This document shows positions 50,701-64,000 of a stretch of DNA of 64,000 nucleotides, in pieces. The notes under the pieces are model-generated. The model was not told the origin of the DNA and searched no databases. It saw nothing but the letters and a program-made list of their open reading frames with translations. How positions within the stretch are numbered: the stretch's first letter is position 1; each line of letters starts with the position of its first letter. Source of the stretch: Phoronis australis (taxonomy: Eukaryota; Animalia; Phoronida); assembly GCA_002633005.1 (NCBI GenBank), contig NMRA01000046.1, forward strand, positions 1,075,452 to 1,139,451. The letters run 5' to 3'. A program made the position numbers and the translations under genes.

Positions 50701-53528
50701 TCAGGCTCATGGTGTGTTTGCATGGATGTACGTATACGGAAGCGTTTACTTCTTCGGCACAATCATGGCGGCACATTCCGTCATTATCTGCCAATATGCG
50801 TGCCGAAAGAGCGTAGTTTCGTTACCAATAAGCAGTTTTATAGTTAAACTATCCACACCAACATAGGTTNTCAGCAATGCACAATTTACAAAAATGAAAT
50901 ACAGGGACTCGCAGATGTCTGTGGCAGAGGACTATTGAGACTTCATTACGCGTGCGTACTTCCAGGTAGTTCTAACAGACGGTTGAAAATTGAGTTAAAC
51001 CTAGTCGTCTAAAATCAGTCTTAAAATATTGCTTATACGGAAGCGTTTACTTCTTCGGCACAATCATGGCGGCACATTCCGTCATTATCTGCCAATATGC
51101 GTGCCGAAAGAGCGTAGTTTCGTTACCAATAAGCAGTTTTATAGTTAAACTATCCACACCAACATAGGTTTATCTCTCTTTATTGCAATGCAGATGAGTA
51201 TGGCCATGACTGCCGCCTAGACGAGTTTGGCAAGATGTTTCAAGGCAAGATTTCGGCTCCTGTTGAAAAAGGGGACGATGGAGAAGGTTGTCACTTATGG
51301 TCTACACTACCAGACTTTGAACTTTACCAGGAACTAATCATTGACGCGGATATACGTAGCGCAAATAACTATTGCCGTACACGGCGGAATACCGCAAACA
51401 ACAACACTGGAGATGCCCAGCCGGTCTGCGCAATTTACAAGGATGAGAAAAGCGGTAGTAGCGACTACGTGGTCACGTTTGTGGAGTGTGACGTTCCTGT
51501 TTGCTATAGTGAGTGTGATTAATTAGTTCAAAGGAATAATGTTATCGCAATAAAAGTAGTTCTAGAAACTGATTGGCACCAATTAAATAAAAACGGTATC
51601 AACCTCAACGCGAAAATCACAAAATGCAGTTACGAATATCCCGTCTAAAAGCAGATCCACCCAAAAGTAAGTGGACCCACAGACCGTAAAATTAGTGAAT
51701 GTTCCCAAATGAAGTCTAAGCGTAACTATGTCATTTACACATGCGCACCTTACCGGGTAAGATAATATCATTCTATGTACTTGACGAAATGAACTTTCTC
51801 CGAGTACGTTTTGTTATGATATCATAAGGTTCAAACAATTGTAGTCAGAGTAGAGTCTACCATCCAGCTAAAAAGCTAAAAGTTATATTGTTTAAAGCAA
51901 TGCGTGTTCATGTGGTCATAAAAAGAACGGATAAAACACACGAAAATCTAACCAGCGACATAGGCCCTACGCCAATGATAACGCAGAGACGCCTGTGGCT
52001 ATATGCTATAAATTCATGTGAAAGCCCTCAAAATTTAATCCTTAATTTTACAACATGTTGATCTTGTTCTAGTTCGTGAAATTAAGTTGTGAAACATAAT
52101 CTTTAACGGTTTTGGTTATCGAAATTTAGTGTCTACGCACTAATATTTTATTGCGAATTACTTGATCCAAGGACGGAATTTTATACGATACTATGTGGCA
52201 TATAACACATCTCTTCTAACTAAAAGTATCAGAATCCACTTTTGAACGATAATTCTTCATTTTTCCGAAAGAGCCGCATGGAAATACGAAAAAAAAAAAA
52301 CGATTTCAAAATGTTTGTCACGAAGCTAAAGAATTCCCCACTTAAAAGTAAAACATAGGTTCAAAATAAAGTAGAGGTCAATATTACATTTTCTTTGCTC
52401 ACTTTGAAAGTGGTAGTTAGTTTCCTTGAGGTATTGAAAGGATGAAAAGTGGATTTACTATTGACAACACTTACATAAAGTAACATGGTTGGGTCGTGGC
52501 TGGCTAGAAAAGACACAGATCGTGTATGTACGCAGTATGTCACAATGCAAACAACGCTTCAAGCGTCTGTCGCGTAGTGTCCCAATTGCAAAATATCGCG
52601 TTCCACCATCAACCCTTGTATAATGTGTTGCTTGGAGATTTTGCGTCAGATAACTTGCAATAACAAAAAATAACAAAAACAGAGCTTAGGAGGGCTGCAC
52701 ACAAATTTCAAACCAGTAATTCCGTAAGTTTTAACACTAATACTGAGAGCTCTGACAATAAACAGACACACGAGGCATTTTATAATATTTACGAAAGCAC
52801 AAAAGTCATAAGTGGCCGAGCAAGTGGGTCTCTCAGAACTCAAACCCATACAGGAAAGCTGGATGTGTTGCCCAAATAGCTCTTTCCTACTTTATTTTAA
52901 AAATAACAAAATAACATGACCTTGGAAACCAACATATGGGGGGGGGGCCCGAGGGTAGCTTCAGCCTACTTTCTTACATAGTACATAGTTGACTTGCTTT
53001 TTGAAATTTCAAGACTGGATAAAAGTTTTGGTCAGAGCGCATTGAAATAAAAGATACAGTAAGTATAATTATTAGCTTTAAGTGAATGATTATAGACAAG
53101 GATAAGTAACTACGAGTCAGCAAGGCTTTGCGGCATTACCGCATATAGTGCGTTTCTGAAAAAGAACTCAAACATCTCAAGCGCTTTGTTTGCTTCATAT
53201 AAAGTGTCCCGTGCTCGATGAGTATTGCGATCTATCATGGGCGGCGGCTACAAGCTCAAATCCGTCGAAAAGCCAAACACTGAGTAGGGCGAAATGCGTC
53301 ATACTATGATGTAATTTCCGGAAATAAAAATATAGCTTCAGAGACTTATTCCAGGAGACGGAGGGTGGTCTCAGTGGTCGGCTAGCCCTGTGTGCGACGC
53401 AACATGCGGTACGGGCACTGAATGGACTGTAAGGCTGTGCGACCATCCAAAACCTACTTACGGAGGAAAATCATGTAAGGGGCCGGACAAAAAGGACAAG
53501 TCGACATGCCGAAGAGATCCGTGTCCCG
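47718..53528 (+). CDS. Partial multi-domain extracellular protein gene: join(47718-47775?,47949-48005,49776-50093,51194-51508,53355-53528...) = SUEL-lectin-like + Kringle + TSP1; 3' end not found
   Basis: GT-AG exons. The last four are phase 1-1 (57, 318, 315, 174 nt) and read through in frame. The first exon is tentative. Confidence 0.75.
49776..50093 (+). CDS. Exon encoding a divergent SUEL/rhamnose-binding (Gal_Lectin)-like domain
   Basis: LCDG..F.CGDDHVIAV...C..CC...CW...IEQRCSYVQQCTI...DVCG.GLLRLHYAC matches SUEL Cys spacing; tacag| and |gtagtt. Confidence 0.65.
50000..51170 (+). repeat. Local duplication around the N at 50870 (50000-50164 and 50736-50869 recur as 50871-51170)
   Basis: Identical copies; the second lacks 50165-50735. 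Confidence 0.9.
51194..51508 (+). CDS. Exon encoding a divergent Kringle domain
   Basis: DC..G.MFQG.IS...G.GCHLW...ANNYCR...PVC...VECDVPVC (six Cys); atgcag| and |gtgagt. Confidence 0.85.
53355..53528 (+). CDS. Exon encoding a thrombospondin type-1 repeat
   Basis: DGGWSQWS..VCDATCGTG...RLCDHPKPTYGGKSCKG...C..DPCP; ttccag| and |gttagt. Confidence 0.9.
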
Positions 53529-54479
53529 GTTAGTAGGCTACCTAGTAAACTGGCCAAGGATATTGCTTTTGAGGTTATTTGTCGTGACCAATTATTCCTA
53601 GGCAATTCATTTGTGATTGTTTTACTTCATCTCTAGTTACAAAAACGATCACTGCTGGCAAAATGTCGATATTTTGACACACCCCACCATGTAGATGTAC
53701 GGTTAAATACCATAGATATCCCTAAACCTGGGCCTGGAATCTTTCTTCGGGTAGTAGAACTCGAACATCAATTTACGATTAACATGTTGGTGTAGCAGTA
53801 TGGATTAACGTAAGATAAGTGTCCAATTAGCCGCGCCACCTTTCAAAGAACAACTTTAATTTAGATCATTTAACGTTTCAAATTTAGTCTCATCTTGTCT
53901 CTTACTCAAATTAGAAGTAAGTTTAAGGCTTCATAGGAACTGACCGGTCTCATTTAGTCACGGCGGGTTACTTTCAGAGGTTGAAGAAGTATGAGGCCTT
54001 CAGTTGAATTTCAGGCGATTCATTGACCCCGCTTGGGGAATAACAAATGTGGATTGCCCGAACAACTGGGGTTCAACACTTATGAACATAGTTCATTCAC
54101 ATGTGAAGACGGCTCACGGACCCGATAAAATTGAGTTTAGAAATACGGTTCATCGACCGCCAAACACGGTGCTGGACTTACAAAACGCGGCTTCCACACC
54201 CAAAAATCGTGCCCGGACTCAACGCAGCTCACCTACCGCTCAACACGATACATACAGGAGCACAAAATTAATGAGCCGTGCTGCTGAGTCCAGGCACAAA
54301 GTTTTAGGTACGTAAGCCCTATGTATTTTTCATATATTTATTATCATTGAAAAAAACAAGTACAACCATTCAATCACGCATGCACACTTCAGGAGAGAAC
54401 ACTCGTATAAAGTAAACAACTGCTACATTGAGTTTACGTGAACAATAAAATTTAGAAACTGTCATACACAAAGTTTTTA

Positions 54480-56745
54480 TATGCAATTAATTTTTCAGCA
54501 TTATAGTACTCATAAGTATATGTAACAAACTTGTGAATATTAGGTATATTTTCGTGACATCTCTCCTTGTAAATTTACTGTTTGGCTAGTAATGGCAACA
54601 TGTTAAATAAAAAGTCATGTGTCTCGTAAGGTCCAAGAACAGCACGTTTGTAAGAGAGACAGTTGGGAAGCGGAATGAGACACTGGTGAAGAAGTATTTT
54701 GAATTGATTCCAAAAATCTTGTACAGGGTGACATCCCCAAAAAAGGTGTGACAGCGTCTCTGGAGCTTTATTACAAAAGCAACATAAATTAGAATCCCGA
54801 ACTTGGATCTTGATGAAAAGAATATTTGTTGCAATAATCCTGTCTAATATTCTGAATTGGAATCATCTAATGTTGGGATCCTTCGTAATTTAATAAGGCA
54901 ATACACATACTTTCTTCCATTTCCAAATTATCTCCTAACTCCATTTCCCATTTACACTCTGACTTTCTTGATGTCATTAAAGATATAACAAACATGTCTA
55001 CAACCCTTGACACCCTTCGTAAGTGAATAATTGCTAAAGACACGCAAGGAGAATAGATTTTAACACTTTTAAATTTACTTTGAAATAAACATTTTTGAAA
55101 CCTTTTTAGATCAGAAACAGCAGCACTATATTCTACAAAATTGGTTTTCACATCGAACCCGTTTGTTATGTGGTCTAAACGAACAAAATCGCCATCAGAG
55201 GTATACATATCTGTGATAAATCTTAAGGCTTTTACACACCAACACTTATAGAACAATTCTTCCTCCTTTCCTCAAGTTCCTTCTAAACCACAAAGGTTGA
55301 TTCAATAAGTCTTCTTTACTCGCAACGACTATTTTCTCATAAAAAGCTGTCATACTTCCAAATACGTCGCGCAAATAGGAATTATCACTTAGAGTCAACT
55401 TCGACTTGATAAAGTTTTCTCCAAATGCAGCAAAATTATTTAAAAATGGGTAGATTGAGTATCAAAATAACTGACCACTTTAAGAAGCGGAGGCTTAAAG
55501 CTTTGCTGAAGGTATGTATGTTAACCATTTGTCCCCCTTCCAAACCATGTTGCTTTTGTTTTATCCTCATTCACTTGGAGACCGGAGACACCACCAAACA
55601 AATGCACGATGTACAATCATTGTGCTAGTGAAAGACAAATTCAAATCATCCAAAGTAATTGATGTGTCGTCGCATATTGCGAAGTTAAATATTCCTTATT
55701 TCCTGCAACTACACTTGCAATATTTTTATTATTCTTGATAAAATACGCCAAAATTTTCGCGCACAATGTAAAAATGTAAGAAGACGGGATCACCTTGTCT
55801 GCAGCCACGCAAAATATTGCGTTACTATTTACAACGCACGACTTATTTCTATAAAAGACTTTTACCCACCTTCTGATCGACCAACCAAAATTCAAGAAAG
55901 ATAGTTTTTTGTATAAAATTCCTTGACAATGAAACAAATGCTTTCTCAAAATCGATCAGTAAGAGCAATCCTGGTTTGTTAACTGATTGGGTATAAAACA
56001 TTAAAGGAAAGTGCCACCAAAACAACGTATTTTGTATCAATTAAAGTCGAGTAGTTCCACACAACAACAGCAAATTCAGTTGTTTTACCTGACACCAGTC
56101 GGCAGACAGAGGTGCTGAAATTAACCAATGACGTCATAGGTTCTAACCCAGTCTGCTCAGCAGTTCACAAGACGCTTCTTGGTGACAGTTTATCGCTTAA
56201 ATTCATTGTTTTACGCCAATAAATCATCTGATGTAAAACTCTAATACATTGATTTTTTAAACGAATCAGTTATTTTATTTCGCTGTTACGAATTTATGGA
56301 TATTTGAACGTGCCGTAGCTCGGTAGGCCAACATAACGAGGTCGGTCGCGGGAAGTTTTGAGTGTGTTCGGTGATAAATTAGAATTACTCTACCGTGAAA
56401 TACAGACAGGAGAGCGTAGTCGTGTGTTGTAATTTTAGAGTTGCGAATATTTTTAGTTCTGTACTCACATTGCTCGTGCGGCCTGGGAACCCGATCAGGC
56501 CCGGGCGTCGCGACTGGACTGGAGACATTACATAAACCAGCCGGGTTAATAGGCTGCGAAAGTTGAAAACTAAACTACGCTAATGAACCAAAGAAATAAT
56601 GTGCATGTGAATATTTTGGTGAACTCGCTGCGAAATTGCAAATCTACTTACTCGTCAGGGGCCGAAAAGCCAGGTTCCCGCTTCCATAGAACCTTACAGG
56701 GAAAGGTGTACAATAACAATGATTTGAATAATGAACGTATGTATT

Positions 56746-56798
<53 letters not shown>

Positions 56799-59090
56799 GC
56801 GTGCGTGTGTATGTGTGTAATTTCCCTAACATCTGACCTTAGCATATATAATCGAGTTATTGTTTCACAACAGCTTTTTGTCAGCAAACACTGAATTAGC
56901 ATGCACTCACATGGCGGTCAGTTAGTTTTACTGCATATGAAGCTGGTAACGCAGCATGTTTTATTGATTGCTGATTTCTCAAAATATAAAATATTTGCAC
57001 TCACAAACACTCCTGAGGCCCTGAAAATTGTATTTTTTGAGACAGACTTTGACACTTTGTTTCAGTTATATATAAACTTTGATTAGTGATTTTGAAACAG
57101 AACAATGCCGGCCACACACAGTGGGATATTTCACGGCCCCATACTAGCTATTAACGGCATACTTTTCGTTCATTACTTCCGGCAACCACTTCTGAAGCAT
57201 TTCGGGTTCTTTAGAAAATCGAAAAAAAAACGATATACCTGCTTTCCTCGCAGCTTCATGGTTCACTCAAATAGGAACAATAAGCCACACCATAGCTGCA
57301 CACACTCAGCTGAAGAACCACTGACGTAGCTGCGTCGTGTACTGAACTTCCTCACAAGTTAACGTGACACTTTTCGGCGAGGTGAGATCGACTGGATACG
57401 AGGTGATGTGGATATAAACCGATTGAGACGGTAACAAAAATTAAATAGATCAGGTGGCATTCTCCTTTAAATCATATAGCACGCGGATATATTCCTATTT
57501 CTTCCAGAAACAAAACCTGTCTGGTCCTTACTAATTAGCTTTCCCAAAACGGATTTTAACCGTTCAGCTACAGCCGAAGAAGCTAATTGATATGTCGCTT
57601 TCAGTAAAGATATGGGTCTCCAGTTTTTCAAACAATTTTATCTGCTCTGTTAGTAATACAGGTATTTGCTTCCTCTTTCTGTTTTGATGATAACCGACCA
57701 ACAACAAAACCAATATTAAGTAAGTGAACAACGAAATGTCCAATGTCATCCCCAAAAAATTAGAAATTCCACTGGAAAATCATCGGAGCCTGAGCTCTTG
57801 TTGTTTTTCATTTTTTCAAGCATTGTGTGGCTTCTTCATATGTAAGAAAACCTTTTAATTTTTCTTTTTCTGTCTCATTCAATTTGGCGACACACACCTT
57901 ATCAAGAAGAGTTTCTGATGCAGCACTGTTATAATTTCTGTATTTGTATTCTAGATGTTCATAATAAGTTTTGGTTTCCTGAATAACTTCTTCACTATTG
58001 GTATTTTCAGATTTCCACAGGAAAGCCACAAACGTATTTGTGTAAAGCCTATTTTCCAACTGAAGAAAATATTTTGGAAGGTTTTTCACCCTCTTCATTC
58101 CGTCTTGCTCTCGACCTAGTTATAAGACCCCTTAACTTATTCTGCCTTAGCTCACCAAGTTGATTATGTTTTGTTCAAGTATTTACCAATCAAGGCTTAG
58201 AATTTTTCCAACAAGTTTATTTCTTCAATAAGCTGCTGTTTAGCTCTATCACCCTTTCTTTTTATGTAAGTAGCAAAGGAAATTCTTTTGCCGCGAATCT
58301 TCATCATCAACGTTTCAAGAAAAAGTTGATCATTTATAGACAATTCAGTATAGTTCGTTAGCAGCCCTTCATCAACACAAACTTGGTTGAATACACGACT
58401 ATTACGTTTTGCTTGAAAGCTTGATACAGAGTCGCTCGTAGTATCAAGCTATCAAACGAAAAGTTTAGTCGTGTTTTTAACGAAATTTGTGTTATTGACA
58501 ATTGTAAACCTGAATTACTTGTACTATCGACTGTTTGAATGTCACCAGTCATATACTGCTATTGAACCAACTTCATGGTATCCTTAACCGCAGGAATGTA
58601 ATTAAGATTGTTTTAAGAGAGAGTTATTAAACTTCCAAAATGATTCCGTCCTGGAAACAGCACTTTAAAAAATGTCATTGAATGATCGGACCGGTAACCG
58701 ACTGAATTCTGTTATAGAGTCGTCAATATCGCCTAAAAGGTTTTCAGAAATTAGAAAAATAATCTAGTCTGGATCGTTTACTTTCAGCTTCCCAAGTCTA
58801 TTCTTTACTATTGGGTTTAGTTCCCGCCAAACATTAGCAGTAGACAATTCCGTACGAATCTGCATCAACTTAATCCGCGACTTATACTTGTCGATAATTA
58901 AGCGTGTCCTTAGACTGAATGAGAGGAAGATTAAAATCACATGCCCAATTAACAGAGTAATCAAAGTGTTCTTAAAGAGGATCGCCACTCCACTGGAGTT
59001 TGAGGCATTTGAATTGAAACATTCACATCCTCACATTTATCTGATACCCTTTTCTTCTTTCTTATTAAAGTGTGTGTCCTGAAGGCATTA
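54480..59090 (-). mobile_element. Decayed L1/Tx1-like LINE ORF2 (APE to RT), interrupted at ~56040-57430
   Basis: CLQDTH, GVAILFK, SDH, KFNNSLL, KYFLQLENR, PGLLLLIDFEKAF, GCRQGDP and a frameshifted SQYA-DDT. Confidence 0.8.
56748..56795. repeat. (GT)n microsatellite
   Basis: About 24 TG units. Confidence 0.97.
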
Positions 59091-59990
59091 AATGCAGGGT
59101 ATTATCACATTCATACCAAAAGAAAATATACCAAGAGAATTCATTAAAAATTGACGGCCAATTTCACTATTGAATATTACTTGAAAAATTTTGTCTGGTT
59201 GTATTGCAAGACCCTTAAAAGCGTCCTCGGACCCCTTATTCATGAGAACCAACAAGGTTTCACGAAAGGCAGATATATTGGGGAAAACATAAGAATTTTA
59301 TATGATGTAGTTCAATTTTTCGACTGTAAACCCTTTCCCGGTCTCCTCTTAATGGTCGATTTTGAAAAAGCTTTCGACTCGGTTTCCTAGTCTTTCATGC
59401 TCAAGGCATTATCATACTTTAACTTTGGCCCAAGGTTCATTGACAAAGTCAAAACTCTCTACAACAAATCTCGTCTGTGTTCTCCGACATGGATTTTTCT
59501 CTGAGTTTTTTTTGAAACGGGGAGAGGCTGTCGTCAAGGAGACCTCATTTTTCCTTACATTTTTGTATTATGTGTAGAATTATTGGGTAATTTAATTCTA
59601 CGGGATGGTAACATCATTGGGATCAGGATAGGTGTTTCTGAGTTTAAATTTATCCAATACGCCGACGACACTTGTCTAATTTTGGAAGGTTCTGAAATAT
59701 CTCTTAGATCATCTTTGAAATTAATTGACCAATTTGCAAAATTTTCTGGTTTGAAACCAAATATCGAGAAAACAAGATGTGTTTGGATTGGTTCAAAAAG
59801 ACTCCTACGAAAAACTTGGTGTTAATGAAAACCTGTTCTGGATTAACAAACCTTTCATGTTTTTGGGAATTAACTTCTCCACTGATTAGAATACAATGCC
59901 AGATATTAACTATAGTGGCAGACTTTTGGAAACTAAAGAAAATTGTGGGCTCTTTTTCAAGAAGAATTCTTACTGTCGAAAAAACATAGT
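59090..59990 (+). mobile_element. Second L1/Tx1-like RT fragment in the opposite orientation
   Basis: LIHENQQGFTKGRYIGENIR, DFEKAFDSVS, QYADDT, FAKFSGLKPNIEKT. Confidence 0.88.
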
Positions 59991-61199
59991 GGTACAATCC
60001 TGACCCATTCACATCGCAGACACACAAAACAGAGCAAAAACAATACAAACCCACAGATCCATGAATACGATATCAATGTGAAATATAATATAACATAGGA
60101 TAGAAAACATATGAAAACTGATCCTCATGGTAAGGCTTATCCCGCCAGTATATTTGATAATGAGATTTTATAATAAAAACATCGAGACAATGCCAATACG
60201 GTTCCCATACAAAAATAATTAGAACGAAGTTTTAAGGTTAATTACATTTCAATAAATGGCGTTATACTTTAAAAGTAATTGCGTCTAGGACTTATTGTCG
60301 AGAGACCCGCACTAAGCAAACAGATCACACACACATATAAAAGGTTGCCTGCACTCCACGCCTGCATGCCTGCATGCGTGAGAGCGCTCTCTCAAAAATA
60401 GCTCCACAAGGTAGATTGCCCAGCATGAAACCATGGCACTAAGGCCAAAAGTAGAACACAGCTACAACAACAATACTACACGATACGTTTGTCACGAACG
60501 TAGACATAACCCTGAGTAACAGGTATATGTTAGCTGTCAAGACCATATGCTGGGCACAACGGCTAAAACTATGTTATCACTTGAAGGAAAATGGGATAAT
60601 TTTATACACAGCAATGGCTACCGGAAGTACATGTGTACCCATGTCTCTCAAAAGGGTCTCAAGTACCTGACAACTATAGTACGGCTACATGGCAATTCCA
60701 CAGTGAGTACAAAATAAACTTTTATGATCGGCATATGTCCCGACTGATATATGGTAGTTCGTGCGTCGCAAGCTCGTTACCAGAAATGAAACCAAGACCT
60801 GGGTAGGCGATATGAGGTCATTTATTATGACTAATACGATTACAAGTAAGGTCATTTATATGACACATACAATTATAAGTAAGGCAGTTATATGACTAAT
60901 ACAATTAACAGTAATAGTTAGTGACTAAACATGAGTAAGGTAAAAAATACTAATCTAACTGGATATCGTGAAATATTGGTATTAGCGTAAAACTCAATCA
61001 TCTGATTGGAAAAGAGAAAATCCCAATGTCTGTCGTGCAGTCGTCAGTATAAGTGAGTAATCTTACCAATTGCTGAATACAAGCGGTTGCAAACTATTTC
61101 ACTACACTCAGGCTTGCATGTATGATGTTTGAGCAGGGAGAGAATTAAATGCCCTGCAAATCTTCCATGCTGTTCACCGGATTGATTTCATTGGCCCAG

Positions 61200-61900
61200 T
61201 TTATGTAATAAATTCTGCCATCATATGTCCAGCAACTCTGAATCCTGGCGCCCAGATCTCTGCAAGCCTTGTACAACTGTGCTCATTTACGTAGATCTTA
61301 CCGGCTTCAGTTCTCACGTTCTTTTTATTTCTCATGAATTCGGCTCTCGGGTTGAAATTCGTAAATTTAACTATAATCGATCTCGTCTTGGCATTACCTT
61401 GGATTTTTTTTACCTAGGTGATTACTGCGACATATGTCTGACTTCTCAACGGTAGCTCCACATCTTTTTGCTAGACCAATGTCTTCTGTGCACTTCTTGC
61501 CAGTTTCTGTTACTCCGCTGATGACAACGCAATTTCGGCGGCCATGCTGCTGAAGCTCATCCAAATCGGATTCCAACCTGTGTATTTGGGAGCCACTTTC
61601 TTGCTTTAGTTTGCCGAGTTGATTTTCAAGTGATGTTATCTTTTTTTCCTTTTCAGCCATCTTTTGGTCGTATTGTAGCTCGAATGCTTTTTACATTTCA
61701 GACAAACTAGCGTCAATTAAGGGCTTTATCATGTTTATAAAGAGCGACTGGATATCTGAGTCCACGAGTGTCTCTTTTAGCTCATCTTTCAATGACCGAG
61801 TCTTCTTAGTGACATTCATTTTGACCCTTCCCTGTCAACATGGCGTCCATTGTACGTTGCTTCAGCGTTTTTTTTTTGACTGCGCGGAAGCTCGGAGTTC
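61200..61900 (-). mobile_element. CR1/L2-type LINE ORF1 fragment (coiled coil + RRM-like)
   Basis: LESDLDELQQHGRRNCVVISGV, DICRSNHLG, KIYVNE. Confidence 0.75.
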
Positions 61901-63847
61901 ACTAAAATTTCTGCTTGGTGTTATTTTTTTCCTCTTGTCGGGGTCTGATCGTTATTCCTAATCATGTGAGATGAATTACTGTCGGTTCTGTCTCCAAGCT
62001 ATTTAAATTTCGTTGTTGTTAGATGGGAAAGTCCGCACAAGTCAGAAAACAACCCTTCCCGCCATATGTTGTGTTTAGAGGTCGTCGGGCGCCGTGTTTA
62101 GGAGTCGATGAAATAAGCCAGTGGTATCCGTGAACCTTGGTTATTAGTGAACATCGTTTAAAGCGGCTTCTAAGTTTCGAGTTCCAAAGAAATTTCTGGC
62201 TTCTAACTCGAACTCGAAGATTCAAACGCAATAACTCAGGATTTGACACTCAACTGTGTAAATTGTAATGCACACGAATTCCAGGCACTCGAACACGAAG
62301 TAAAAGATAATGATCTGCTTTAGTTCATACTGAGGTAGAACAGAAATTCTAGTTTGGGGATTCAAGCCTCGACATACTTGAGGGGTACTTGCTGTTAAAA
62401 TAGTCTTCCAGTTATCAGAAAGTGGTACAAAATCGCCATCTTGCTGCACTACTCAAAAACCTGGGCAAATGTGCCCAATAAGAACAGAATGGCGGGCATG
62501 AAACAACGCGCAGCCTATAGGACATGTTTTCAACCGTTTTTATAGGCGAGAGGACCGATTCGATTTAATCACTTCCTAACCTTTTCGGCTCTCTAGTCGT
62601 TCAAACCTGCCAACTTCGATCCCAAAGTAACAATCTTGTTCATATACGGTGACGGTCTCTCCCGGTTGGCTATGCTACAGTTTATCACTTCGAGCATTCG
62701 TGACTTATGTTCATTAAAGAGAATATGGTTACCCATTGTTCTATTCGTGTCAATTTAATCTGATTTCGGCTAAGAAGTAACTAAAATATAATGGGCGTAT
62801 TTTCGCTCAAAATTTTCAGAATATCAAGGAACTCAATTGATGATGTAATCGCCACGTGACGAATTATGATATTTCCTGAACCTTCCAAGCAGCCATGTTC
62901 TAACGGAGCCAATATATACACAAAACGTGCCGAGAGTGGCGTACATGAAGTAATATCCCACGAGACATTATTCCTTCGGTCTTGGTCGATACGCTGAATA
63001 ATGTCGAGTGGGATATTACTTCATGTATGCCAATCGAGGTACGTTTTGTATTCATCCCACACGCTTCAAATTCCTAAATTTCTTTCATTTTTCCACAGAT
63101 GTTTTAAATACTTCACTCTGACTGTTCATCTTATATGCATGTACTTGCACGTTAGGTTGCAAGTTGTAACGATTTATTACTTGAAAGAGATAACAAAGAT
63201 GAAAACAAAGGTAACTTTGCATGGAACTTGTGACATTTTCTGAAAATAGTTAAATAACAACAATATTTGATATTGTAGTTACCGAGGAATTTGCGCCTGA
63301 GTTGCAGACGATATAATATTTGGCCAATGAAAACTGAGACAGAACTGCCATGTAATTAACAGTCGTGTTCCAGATGTTACGATTGAGACCTTGTTGCATT
63401 TTGAGTGCTATTTACACTGCTACAATTTTATTACTTTAAACCATTTCCCGAAAGTTTGATGATCTAACCGGCTAACGACGTCGAGTCGACGTTGACCTAC
63501 CTTTTGAACTTTCCATGTCTGAGGTCACTGTTGAAGTAGTGCTGGAGGTGAATACGGAACATTACTACATGGCCGTATTACCCTCTACAAATTCAACGCG
63601 TATGGGATAAATATCCCTTTTCGACCTGCTTCTTCACATCTTCAAGAAGTGTGGGCAATGGGGGGTACTGACTGTTGTGTATCTTACTTTGTCAAATCAT
63701 AGACTATAGTACATGGACCGCCAACTCCGTTTACTTTCAATGGACGAAATCTGTGGTCTTACGCACAAGCCTTTACGTCATTATTCACTGGCGACACCTG
63801 GCTCAATTATCTGGTGTAATTTCCGGCAAGTACGTCGTCTGCTAATC

Positions 63848-63990
63848 ATGGTCGGTTGCTGTGTGGCCGGTTGTTCGGCTACGCAGGCGAAATGCAGAGG
63901 CGTTAGCTTCCATAGTGTACGAAGACCACAAAATCCGCTTTGGGAGAAAAAGTTATGTTCTTGCGTCGACGTGAATGGAAGTTTTTCTTC
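63848..63990 (+). pseudogene. THAP-domain N-terminal remnant (transposon-derived), at the window edge
   Basis: MVGCCVAGCS.....GVSFH followed by a frameshift. Confidence 0.6.
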
Positions 63991-64000
63991 CAAAAAAAAA

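Noticed and set aside
50871-50964. Apparent duplicated lectin exon
   Set aside because: Starts mid-exon right after an N and is identical to 50000-50093; likely an allelic assembly artefact.
56583-56902. CVCVCV / THTHTH ORFs
   Set aside because: Translation of a (GT)n microsatellite.
63099-63470. Further exons of the lectin-Kringle-TSP1 gene after ttccacag and gttccag acceptors
   Set aside because: Phase-1 readings hit stops and show no domain motif.

Overview
Eukaryotic (animal, probably marine invertebrate) AT-rich genomic DNA. No prokaryotic operons, CRISPR arrays or rRNA were seen. The left ~37.5 kb holds a + strand TMC7-like transmembrane channel gene. I reconstructed 15 GT-AG coding exons from the ATG at 7656 to the TAG at 36650 (2724 nt, 907 aa by hand count), plus an alternative upstream coding exon (644-738) whose own upstream exons lie outside the window. 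Its introns carry many minisatellites and non-autonomous DNA transposons. One 33-bp minisatellite has quintuplicated the splice acceptor of the CWET (TMC-signature) exon, so four upstream AG copies lead to premature stops and only the fifth is productive. The right half is repeat-rich: a decayed pogo-type transposase apparently fused to an OTU protease domain, an Academ-like XPG fragment, a 302-bp satellite, a Penelope GIY-YIG fragment, L1/Tx1-like and CR1-like LINE fragments and THAP remnants. It also holds the 5' part of a second + strand gene built from phase 1-1 exons encoding SUEL-lectin-like, Kringle and TSP1 domains. Two local duplications beside single-N gaps look like both haplotypes assembled side by side. 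All calls come from reading the sequence by eye; no database search was run.
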